64,000 bases of DNA. Source: Chloropicon primus (lineage: Eukaryota). Shown piece by piece: positions 1-8,995 of this stretch. Positions within the stretch are counted from its first letter, which is position 1, and every line of letters begins with the position of its first letter. Position numbers and translations under genes: made by a program. The notes beneath the pieces are model-generated. The model worked only from the letters and a program-made list of their open reading frames with translations. It did no database searches and had not been told where the DNA came from. Location: contig CP060759.1 of NCBI GenBank assembly GCA_023205875.1, positions 868,001 to 932,000 of the forward strand. Direction: 5' to 3'.

Positions 1-7
1 CGACGCG

Positions 8-850
8 ATGCGCGGCGGCCTGGGTTGGAAGGGGAATCGTTATTCCCGGAAAAGGTTACGACCACCCAAAGGGAAAGACATGCTTTTGTCACGTGGTCGC
101 GTGGTGGTCGCCCAGGGGAGGAGGAGGGGGAAGAGGGCGGGGGAGAGGGCGACCGCTGTGGCGGGGGAGGCCGCGGGGAGACTCGCGGAGCGTCCAACGG
201 TGTCGTGTGGGGGGGGCGAGGACCCCAATGCGGGATCGACGGTGTCGTGCTGCATCGTGCTGCAACGGCCGGAAGGCACGAGGTACCACATCCGCCTGGC
301 GAGGGACTTGAGCGAGCTGTACCAGGTGGCGATGCTCAGGGCCGAGTGCTACTACGAGGATCGCCCTTTCACTCGCTTCGTGGAGAACTTCAAGATAGAG
401 TACGCCAGGGCCGAGTTCAGGCGCTTGAAGAGCCAGAAGGTAGCGACTTGCCTCGTGTGCGTGGACTTGGACAGCGAAGCGGGGGGGCTGAACGTCGTGG
501 GGACGATAGACGTGTCGGATCTCTCCCAAGTCTCCGGGAAGGTGGGCGTCTCGAGCGTTCAGAGCGGCGACGCGGTCTTCGGCAGCTACCTCTCCAACTT
601 TTGCGTGAGGCCGGGCCGGCGCCGGCGCGGGTTGGGGAGCCTGCTGCTGGCTTGCGCTTCCCACGTCCACCTCGCGTGCGACCGAGCAGTTGCGCACAAC
701 GTTTACGCTCACGTCAATCGGGACAACGCCAAGGCCCTGCTGTTCTACGCGACCGAGGGGTTCAGCGAGGTCCAGGGGGCCAACTCGTCGTCGTCGTCGT
801 CGTCCGCTCTGGTCGGGGATTCAAAGCTGTTGATGAAACATTATTATTGA
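8..850 (+). CDS. GNAT-family N-acetyltransferase
   Basis: ORF with GNAT motif A (YLSNFCVRPGRRRRGLGSLLL) and C-terminal HVNRDNAKALLFYATEGF; TGTAA after the stop; start uncertain. Confidence 0.75.
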   Translation: MRGGLGWKGNRYSRKRLRPPKGKDMLLSRGRVVVAQGRRRGKRAGERATAVAGEAAGRLAERPTVSCGGGEDPNAGSTVSCCIVLQRPEGTRYHIRLARDLSELYQVAMLRAECYYEDRPFTRFVENFKIEYARAEFRRLKSQKVATCLVCVDLDSEAGGLNVVGTIDVSDLSQVSGKVGVSSVQSGDAVFGSYLSNFCVRPGRRRRGLGSLLLACASHVHLACDRAVAHNVYAHVNRDNAKALLFYATEGFSEVQGANSSSSSSSALVGDSKLLMKHYY

Positions 851-1198
851 CTTTTGTTTTTTTGTACTTTTGTTTGTAAGCATATGATTTGTTTTTTTTT
901 CGTGTCTTTCTTCGTTCTTGCTGAGGATTGCCTCGTGGCACTGGCGCTCCCCTCCTTTCCCGAGGAGGAGGAGGAGTTTTCCTTTTCCATGTCCCCCCCC
1001 TTTCGTCTCCACTTCTGTCTCCGCCCCAGCCAAGATCTGGAGCCCCAAGGTCCCCAGTCTGTGGTCCCACAAAGGATTGGGCGGCCAAGTTCGAGTCTTT
1101 CCCCTCGTTCGACCCAAGGGGGCACCTTGCTTTGGCTTGCATTGGGGGGACTTTGCAAACTCGCCTTGCGCCTAACACAGCCCGCCTGTTCAGGAACG

Positions 1199-3187
1199 AT
1201 GCCCTTGTTGAACAACTTTAGAAAGAAGTCGAGACCCGCGGTCCACTCAGGTCTACTGGTACGTGAAAGGGACACACTCCTCGCTGCGAGTTCCTTGGTC
1301 ACCTTTCTAGGCCCGAGTCTTTCTGACACGGTTCTCTTTCTCTGCACCTTTCTTGTGGCCTGACCTCTCTGCGCCCCACGCCCACGCAACAGGGCAGCGA
1401 AAGCCCCAGCAGTGCTTCGGCAGATGTCTTTTCGCCTCCACCTCCACCCGTGAGAGCGGAGAGTCCACCGACGACAGAGCACCACGTCTCGGGACCGGCT
1501 TCCACGGACTCTTACCTGCAGTTAGGAAACCACGTGAGGGCACTGGTAAGTCGCTGTCGCACTGGCCCTGCAGCCCGAAGAGGCTTTTTGTTCTTGGGCC
1601 CCGTGCAATGTGGAGACAGACTTTCCACCACGTTGTTCACGGCCCTGCTGCTGGGTGTTCCCTGCTGACTGAGCGCGAACTTGTTTGTTGACTCTTTCTG
1701 TCCAGGTTCGGGAGGCCACGAGGAAAAAGCTCAAGGACGTGGACCATGACGCGAGCACGCGAGTGGTCAATTTCGTTAAGCACAACCAATGCCCCGTCGT
1801 CCTGGAGGAGATGGCAAAAATTTTGTGCGAGAAGCTGAGCTCCAACTGGGCCAACAAGCAGTGGCTAGCGGTCAAACTCACGGATAGACTGTACTCGTCC
1901 GACGCCAAAAACTTTGACGGCACGCAAGACATGGTGGTGCAGGAGCTCACCATGTTGTTCCAGAAGCACACGCAGCTGCACCATCCGACGAGCGACAAGT
2001 GCAGGATAGAGGCATCGAGACTGCTTCAGAAGATGACCGGCCTGGCTCCCCAGGTGCAGGTGAACCAGATGATGGGCGGGCACCTCGTGTTCGCGCCCGC
2101 GGGAGGAAGCGTGCCTCCCCAACTCAGCATGAATTTTCCACACCAAGCCGCTGCTGGCCAACCCGGGGGCGCGCTGGAGGGCGATCAATTCTTCCAGACT
2201 TTGGTGGGGAACGGGCGGAGCGTCCACGCGCGGCCCTCCCCGATGACCGTGACCCCGGCCGCCTTTGTGGATCCCAACGCCCTCAAGAGGGAAGTCTTGG
2301 AGAAGGCCGGGATGACCAACCAGCACGCTGACATCTTGCAGGAACTCCTGTGCAACTTCAGCACGAGCGATTCCTCGGAGCAGGGGGAAGAAGCCGACAC
2401 TCTGGAGATGTTGAGCGAGCTCTCCGAACAGTCCAAGGCCCTTCTGTCGGACATCAACGGCCTGGTTCTGAAATGTCAGGAGCACATCGAGTCCCGAGGC
2501 ATCGCCCAAGCCGTGGAAGAGTCCACCATGGCGATCGACAAGCTGAAAGACGCGCTGGACTTGTACGAAGACGTGAAGCACACGAGGCAGATGATGCTAA
2601 GGCGGACGGGTGGGTCGCAGGGGGCGTTGGCGGCGGGATCCAGCCAAGCGTCGAGGGGCGTGGTCGACGGCGTCCCGGTGTACGGCGACCACGACCCGGG
2701 GTCCTCTCGAGGCGTGGCCCCGACACCTCCTCCCGCCTCGGCGGCGCGGGCGAGCACTCGGGTAGACACGAACCCATTCAGGCGTCTGACTCGGGACAAC
2801 GACTCGGACGGTCACCAGGCAGTCGGTAGGCAAAACCAGGGGAGGCCCAGAGGCAGCTCACAAGAAACCTCCACCGCGAAGGGACCAGGACCCGCAACAA
2901 AGTCGTCTCCACCACTGATTGACGTCAACCAAGATGCCGGGAGCAGCAGCCAGCGATCGATGGGGGAGGCCAGTCAGCCGGCTTTCGCGGCCTCGGGCAG
3001 CCAGGACCAATCCAAGGAGATGCAGCAGCTCATGGGACTTTTTGACACATCGATGGACTTGCTAAGCAGCAGCGGCAGCGCCGGTGGTGATGGAGGCGAA
3101 AAGCTCGAAAGCAAAAGCAGAGGGAGCAACGTCGGGGCCATTGCAATGCCACCCGGTCCCTCGAATCCCTTCGACAGGGTCGAATGA
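1199..3187 (+). CDS. Putative VHS/GAT-like (TOM1-like) trafficking adaptor; probably intron-containing 5' part
   Basis: Main exon ~1706-3187: helical N-terminus, GAT-like helical bundle, low-complexity tail with two NPF motifs (TNPF, SNPF). Upstream GT..AG intron-like segments; exon structure and start not resolved. Confidence 0.4.
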
Positions 3188-3415
3188 AAGATTGATGCGG
3201 CTTCAATTAATCCAGTTTCACCAAGATCTTCTTCTTGCCAATTCTCCGCCCCAGTGTTGGAGGTTTTCCCCTGTTGGTGGGATTCCAGTGTATACCAGTT
3301 TGGTCACACCCAAAGGACAACCCCCTAAGCGTTTTCTCGTGTTCTCACTTGCTGGACAAGGCCAATCTATAGTTACGAGGAGTTACGAGCAGCGAGTGAA
3401 ACCCTAATAACCGTC

Positions 3416-5584
3416 ATGGCGCGATCAGGGAAGCGCCGTAAGAAAAAGGAGAAGCAGGGGAGTGGCTCGACGAGTTCCACAAGGAGGTCGCACTCTGGCG
3501 AGAGTCATGCTCAGGGCGCTTCGAAGTCGGGGCAGGAGTCTCCGACGACGGAGCCGTTACGTCGGTTCTGGAATCAGGCGTTGAAGTGGCTCTACGAGAA
3601 GTGCATGCTTCCTATCGCGGACGACCCCGCCTCTGCGGGTGAGGGTTCGAGCACGCCTCGCAAGAAGCGGGGGGGGAAGCGGAAGGAGAAGCCGCTGGAC
3701 GACCCCGCCTCTGCTTTCGAGGAGGGTTCGAGCACGCCTCGCAAGAAGCGGGGGGGGAAGCGGAAGGGGAAGCCGCCGGAGGCGGCTTCCTCTGCGGGTG
3801 AGAGTTCGAGCTCGTCAGGCAAGCCTCGCAAGAAGCCTCGCAAGAAGGGCAAGAAGAAGAACAAGAAGAAGGGTAAGAAGAAGAAGAACAAGAGGGGGAA
3901 GAAAGCAGGGAAGCAGCCGGGTGGCTTGGCGGACGACAGCGTGAAGAAGACCTGGTTCTCATCGATGAAGAGAGAACTTGAAGAGGTAAAGTGTCCGAAG
4001 ACGGGATGGAGGTCGTGCTTGAACCTTCCAGAAGATTCTGTGGTATCCGTCGAGACATTGCAGCCGCCCGCCAAAAGGAAGAGGGGGCAGAAACTGAAGA
4101 CCTCCAAGCTATTGTCGGAGCGAACGGTGATACGGACGAGGAAGCTGAGGATGCGCTTGAACCCTGAGCAGGCGAAGTGCCTTTGCAACTGGATGGGAGC
4201 TGCGCGTTTCACATACAACAAGTGTTTGGAGGCGGTCAAGAAGGAGCGTTTTCCGCTGGTTTGGACCGTCCTGCTGGACAGATTTGTGACGGCCAAACCT
4301 CGAGGCCCTGAGGTCTTTGAGGGCCTGGAGAAAGAGCTGAAAGAAATCCAATGCTCTCCACGGCCATGGACAAAACAGGAGGCAGAGCTTTTCGCGGCCA
4401 GAGAGAAGAGACTCGAGAGCCAAATTGGAGGCAGACGATTTCGCGCCGAAGTGGCCAAGGACCGGGACTACGTTAGCGGGGCCTTTGTAAATCAGAAGCA
4501 TCCTTGGCTGAAGGATACCCCCTGTGCCATCAGACAAGCTGCCGTGCGAAGTCTCATCAAGGCATGGGATTCGAACATCGCGAAGCAGGAAGCGATGAAG
4601 GAGCGCGGCGAGGAGAAGGGGCACCGCTTCGTTCTCAAGTATCGTCAACGTCAGCAACCGAGTTCTTGGACCATTGAAATTGATGCAAGAGAGTTAAAGA
4701 ACGTGGAGACGATCGAAAGGCCAAACACGAGACACAAGGATGACACCAAGCACAAGAAACGACGCAAGTGGACCAAGCTGGAGGTGTTCAAGGAGAAGAT
4801 GGCCGGCGGGCCCCTGTACTTGACGGAGGAGATCCCCGGGGGCAAGATCGAGGGTGCCGTGAAGATCACAAGAAATCGCCTTGGGCAGTTCCACATGCAC
4901 ATTCCCATCGCGACGCCATGGGATCGCCTGCCACCCCTGAAGCCTGAGAACAAGCGGAAGGTTGTCGCCCTGGATCCGGGAGTCAGGACCTTTCAGACGT
5001 CGTACTCGCCGCAAGAAGGCGTCGGGGAGTATGCCACGGGCGAGCGAGGCTTCGCGAGGCTGTTCAACCTCTGCTGGAGGATTGATGAGATCATTTCCGA
5101 GCGCGAAGACCCAAAGGTGAAGCTCCCTTACCTCGACCGCCGCGACTTGAAGAGACAGCAATACGCCTGCATGGAGAAACTTCGAGGTCTGACGAACGAG
5201 CTTCACAAAAAGGTAGCCAACGATCTATGCAGGAGGTTCGACACAATCCTCCTCCCGGAGTTCAAGTCCCAAGACATGGTGAAGAAGAACAACAACGGGA
5301 GACGCCGAGTGATCAGGAAGAAGACGGCTCGCACGCTCTTGACGTTGAGGCACTATGCGTTCAGAACGTTCTTGGCTTCCAAGGTGCTCTTGCACGGCAG
5401 TGAGCTGGCGATCGTGACGGAGGAGTACACCTCCAAGACCTGTGGCAAGTGCGGACACATCAAGGACAACCTGGGTGGAGCAGAGGTGTACAAGTGCCAG
5501 AAGTGTGGCTTCAAGTGCGGTCGGGATGTGAACGGGGCACGCAACGTCCTCCTGAAGCACTTGCGTCAACCAAAAAGTGTGTAA
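3416..5584 (+). CDS. Fanzor2 (eukaryotic TnpB-like RNA-guided endonuclease)
   Basis: HTH_OrfB-like RTRKLRMRLNPEQ..WMGAARFTYN; RuvC-I VVALDPG (D at 4973); RuvC-II region ILLPEF plus alternative glutamate VTEEYTSKTC (5420); Zn finger CGKC..CQKC; RuvC-III RDVNGARN (D at 5525); Lys/Arg-rich N-terminus. Confidence 0.9.
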   Translation: MARSGKRRKKKEKQGSGSTSSTRRSHSGESHAQGASKSGQESPTTEPLRRFWNQALKWLYEKCMLPIADDPASAGEGSSTPRKKRGGKRKEKPLDDPASAFEEGSSTPRKKRGGKRKGKPPEAASSAGESSSSSGKPRKKPRKKGKKKNKKKGKKKKNKRGKKAGKQPGGLADDSVKKTWFSSMKRELEEVKCPKTGWRSCLNLPEDSVVSVETLQPPAKRKRGQKLKTSKLLSERTVIRTRKLRMRLNPEQAKCLCNWMGAARFTYNKCLEAVKKERFPLVWTVLLDRFVTAKPRGPEVFEGLEKELKEIQCSPRPWTKQEAELFAAREKRLESQIGGRRFRAEVAKDRDYVSGAFVNQKHPWLKDTPCAIRQAAVRSLIKAWDSNIAKQEAMKERGEEKGHRFVLKYRQRQQPSSWTIEIDARELKNVETIERPNTRHKDDTKHKKRRKWTKLEVFKEKMAGGPLYLTEEIPGGKIEGAVKITRNRLGQFHMHIPIATPWDRLPPLKPENKRKVVALDPGVRTFQTSYSPQEGVGEYATGERGFARLFNLCWRIDEIISEREDPKVKLPYLDRRDLKRQQYACMEKLRGLTNELHKKVANDLCRRFDTILLPEFKSQDMVKKNNNGRRRVIRKKTARTLLTLRHYAFRTFLASKVLLHGSELAIVTEEYTSKTCGKCGHIKDNLGGAEVYKCQKCGFKCGRDVNGARNVLLKHLRQPKSV
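3620..3815 (+). repeat. ~78-81 bp in-frame tandem repeat (about 2.5 copies) in the Fanzor N-terminus
   Basis: GACGACCCCGCCTCTGC...TTCGAGCACGCCTCGCAAGAAGCGGGGGGGGAAGCGGAAGG at 3620 and 3698, partial copy ~3790; encodes DDPASA..EGSSTPRKKRGGKRK. Confidence 0.9.
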
Positions 5585-5745
5585 CTCCTCAGGGTTGCAC
5601 ATACGTTTGTTAGTACGGGCTGCCGTGCGCTAAGTGGGCGGAAGTATTCGTTCATGTACGGTGGAATGGTCGTGGTAGGGCCGAATTACCCTGCCGAGAA
5701 ACTTACAAACTCGGTGAAACGACCTTTGCAGAAAACTAACAGGTA
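5585..5745 (+). ncRNA. Candidate Fanzor omegaRNA scaffold
   Basis: Directly 3' of the Fanzor stop; hairpin TTAG-TACGG/CCGTG-CTAA (~5610-5633); nested stems GGTCGT(5668)/ACGACC(5719), GGTAGGG(5674)/CCCTGCC(5689), CCGAG(5694)/CTCGG(5710). Confidence 0.6.
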
Positions 5746-5929
5746 AGTTGTGGCCGGTCTTCTTCTCTCCGTGTTTCTCTCTTTCAGTGGAAAGGAGAAC
5801 TTGCCTTTGTGCTTCCAGTATTGACTGTGAATTCCCTACCGTCCTTTCGTGACTTTTCTGTGTGCTGTTTTGATCTGATGTCTGAACACCATAACACCCA
5901 GGGTAAACGGCAAACAAATCCTGCGACAG

Positions 5930-6157
5930 AGTCTCTCTCTCGCTCGCTCTCGCTCTCGCTCTTTCAAAGCCTCTCTCTGCCTCGCTCTCTGTCTCCTTCT
6001 CTCTCTCACTCTGTCTGAAACTTCATTGAGAAAGCGTCCGAGGGGGTGGGAAAGTCACGAGAGAGCGAACCGAGGAGGGAGAGAGGGAGAGAGCCTCGTC
6101 TTCCCCTCGCCCCAGACGTCACACACACACACACACACACACGCTCACACACACATA
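5930..6157. repeat. CT-rich and (CA)n microsatellites
   Basis: Imperfect (CT)n at 5930-6015, (AC)n at 6119-6157. Confidence 0.9.
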
Positions 6158-6224
6158 CCTTCACGGTCTGTCAACAACAGGAGTGATGCTGACCTACTAG
6201 ACGGGCACCTCCTTTGCAGGCAGG

Positions 6225-8927
6225 ATGTTGTCGCAGGGGTACTGGTTTTTGGAAAGGGATTGCGTGAGGGCCGTGAAGTTATTCTTGTCGAGTGCGTCTT
6301 GCGTTCTCTCCGTCGCAGCAGCGGCTTTGGCGTACACCTTCCTCGCCGGAGCGAATGAGGCGCCCCCTGCCTTCAGAGGCCTCGCTTTCCCTGGGTACAC
6401 ACACACTCCTTTCAGTCTGCTGTTGATATGCGTGAGCGTCGCGGCGAGCTATCCTCAGCCGTGGCCCTGGAGGGAGAGGAGGGTGAAGGTCCTCTTCCTG
6501 CTGCACTTGTTTCTTTGTGCGATAACAACTTTCTTTTCCATTGAGCTCGCCAGGAACATCTTCCACTACGTCAACGACACGAGGGTGTTTCGAGAGCCGC
6601 ACGGGGCACTCGTGGAAAGGACAAGCTGGATAGCACAGAAGCTCTTCGAATTGGCTGGGCTGCTGATCGGCCAGTCGATGGCTGTGCTGCTGCTGGCTCT
6701 CCTCCAAGTCTTCGAGTGCTGCCGAGAGACCATCTGGAAGGGCAAACGGACCGAGTCATCGCCATCTTTGCCGAGAAGGAAGTCGAACAAGAACGACTAC
6801 AACAGAGTTTACAGCGAAGTCAGCCCAGTGCCAGACGGCGAGAAGCTCGACGACGATGATGAGGACGAGGAAGACGAGGACGAGGACGACGACGATGCCG
6901 GGGGTGCAGGGGAGGGAGGTGGCAAGGAGGGCGTGCTCGCGCTGGAGATCGAACAACCGGGGTCAGAGGAGTCAGAGGAGAAAGAGGTGCCGTTCAAATA
7001 TCTCAACTGGCTCTCCCGATGCATCAAGTGGCTCTCTTTGGGTGTGGGCTTGGGCTTTTTCGTCTATGGTTTGGTGATCGCCACGATGACCTTCGCCCCC
7101 ATCGCATCTTCAACGTCATGGGATCAGTCCGCGGAACACCGGTGCAACCCAGGCTCGTCGCGGTGCATGCTTCCGTTTCCCAGCCTGCACCTTCTGAGCC
7201 AGAGCAATGAGACGGCGACTGGGTGGCGGTTCGACGTTCGAGATCCGGGCGTGGGCGTCTATCTGAGGACCTTCAAGTTCCTCACTTTCGAAAGCACGAG
7301 AGATCTGGATGGCTTCAGCCCCATGTCGGCGGTCGTGTTCGAGATGCCTGAGGCGGCCGAAGTGTCTCCGTATCCAGGCAACTACTTTTCGCCCGAGGAA
7401 TCCTCGGAAACAATTCTCATTGACACCACCGTCAACAAAACAATTCCTCACTTCCTTTACAAGAAGGACGGCCTCGTGTACATGCAGCCCAGGGAGCCGT
7501 TCGGCTTCGACCGGCGAATCGTGGCAGGCGTGAGGCAGTTGAAAAACGCGGCCGGAAGCGTCATCTCGCGAAAGCCAAACCCCGCTCTGGCCGGGGAGGC
7601 CGTCGTGAAAGCCCTCGAATCCTTCGGTTGGAGATCGGATGATGAGCTTCAGCTCTGCTGGGAATTCCACACCGCCAGCTGCAGCTCAACGCTTGTTCCA
7701 GGCATGGAGCTGAGGAGGTTCGCTCTCGAAAAGCACAGGGAAGGAAAAGTCAGAAACAAGGTCATCAAAGCGATTGACGAGAGAGACCTCTGCTCGAGTG
7801 ACGACGAGAACCAGACGGCGTACACAATTCACGGCAAGATCGAAAGCCCGAGCTTCCTCCCGATATTGAGCAATACCGCAAACCATGTCCGCGACGGGGA
7901 GAACTACTCGTGGACGGAGTACACCGTGCGAGTTCCGTGCTCGATTGCCACGAACGCGAGCGGGAATGTGACGATAGTCCAGTACGGTCACGGCTTCCTC
8001 GGGGACAGATCCGAAGTCTTGGGGCACTACCTCGGAGAGCTTTCGAACTTACACCGATGGATTTTAGTTGCGGTGGACACCCAAGGATTGACGCGCCACG
8101 ATTTGTTGTTCCTGCTGCAGCTCTGCCTGAACCAAGCTTCGTTAGCGGCGCCTCTGACGGAAATGGTGTGGGAGAGCCACATCAACAGAATGCTTTCTGA
8201 GATGATACTGGTGAAAGAGCTCAGGGAGGAGGTCGCCCCAATTTTGGACGTGTTGAACGGGAGCGTGGACGTCAAGTACGCTTACTATGGCAACAGCCTC
8301 GGAGCGATCACTGGACTTTCGTACGTATCCATGCAAGAGACGACCAAGCGAGCCGTCCTGGGTGTGGGTGGCCTTCCCTACAACTTGATTCTCAGGTTCT
8401 CGGACCAATTCTCGTTCTTCAAAACTCTGCTCCGGGCTCAATTCTTTGACTCGACGAGCGTGGAGCTCTTCGCGCTGATTTCTCAGAGCTTCTGGGATCA
8501 GATAGGAAGCGGTTGGCTTGGGTGCTATTCGCAGGGCGAAGACTTTCAGTGCGGGGGCGCGGGTTACGACTGGGACCATTATCAGAACAAGAACTTTTTC
8601 CTGCAAGACGGCGTGGTGGATGACTCTGTGCCAGCGATCTCGGGCCACCTTGTGGCCAACGCGGTCAACGCCTCGGTGGTCAATCCGGTCCGAGGGATTC
8701 CACTGCTCCGCAACGAAACCGAAGCCAGGTCGCCGAATTCATTTCTGGTGGAGTGGCTGCCAGAACGCAACCTGCACCGCTGCTTGCGTTTGCAACCGGC
8801 AGCAAAGGCGCAGATAGGAAATTTTATCACCAATGGCTGGATCACGGGAGACGAGTGCGGAGCCAACAGCACTTGCGTGGCCGACACCAGCATCGATTCG
8901 TCGTGCGACGTCGACATTGGTCAATGA
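6225..8927 (+). CDS. Membrane-anchored alpha/beta-hydrolase (bacterial lipase-like)
   Basis: Several N-terminal TM segments, acidic loop, then CMLPFPS / LDGFSP motifs, YGHGFLG oxyanion-type motif and YYGNSLG nucleophile elbow. Confidence 0.6.
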   Translation: MLSQGYWFLERDCVRAVKLFLSSASCVLSVAAAALAYTFLAGANEAPPAFRGLAFPGYTHTPFSLLLICVSVAASYPQPWPWRERRVKVLFLLHLFLCAITTFFSIELARNIFHYVNDTRVFREPHGALVERTSWIAQKLFELAGLLIGQSMAVLLLALLQVFECCRETIWKGKRTESSPSLPRRKSNKNDYNRVYSEVSPVPDGEKLDDDDEDEEDEDEDDDDAGGAGEGGGKEGVLALEIEQPGSEESEEKEVPFKYLNWLSRCIKWLSLGVGLGFFVYGLVIATMTFAPIASSTSWDQSAEHRCNPGSSRCMLPFPSLHLLSQSNETATGWRFDVRDPGVGVYLRTFKFLTFESTRDLDGFSPMSAVVFEMPEAAEVSPYPGNYFSPEESSETILIDTTVNKTIPHFLYKKDGLVYMQPREPFGFDRRIVAGVRQLKNAAGSVISRKPNPALAGEAVVKALESFGWRSDDELQLCWEFHTASCSSTLVPGMELRRFALEKHREGKVRNKVIKAIDERDLCSSDDENQTAYTIHGKIESPSFLPILSNTANHVRDGENYSWTEYTVRVPCSIATNASGNVTIVQYGHGFLGDRSEVLGHYLGELSNLHRWILVAVDTQGLTRHDLLFLLQLCLNQASLAAPLTEMVWESHINRMLSEMILVKELREEVAPILDVLNGSVDVKYAYYGNSLGAITGLSYVSMQETTKRAVLGVGGLPYNLILRFSDQFSFFKTLLRAQFFDSTSVELFALISQSFWDQIGSGWLGCYSQGEDFQCGGAGYDWDHYQNKNFFLQDGVVDDSVPAISGHLVANAVNASVVNPVRGIPLLRNETEARSPNSFLVEWLPERNLHRCLRLQPAAKAQIGNFITNGWITGDECGANSTCVADTSIDSSCDVDIGQ

Positions 8928-8995
8928 TGAATGTGTACAACATAAGTACGATGATGTGTAACAATATCAATATATTAACCACGCTTTTCCTCGGT

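Noticed and set aside
3084..3407. 107-aa ORF upstream of Fanzor as a TnpA/serine recombinase
   Set aside because: No YARVS or HUH motifs; it overlaps the 3' end of the host gene
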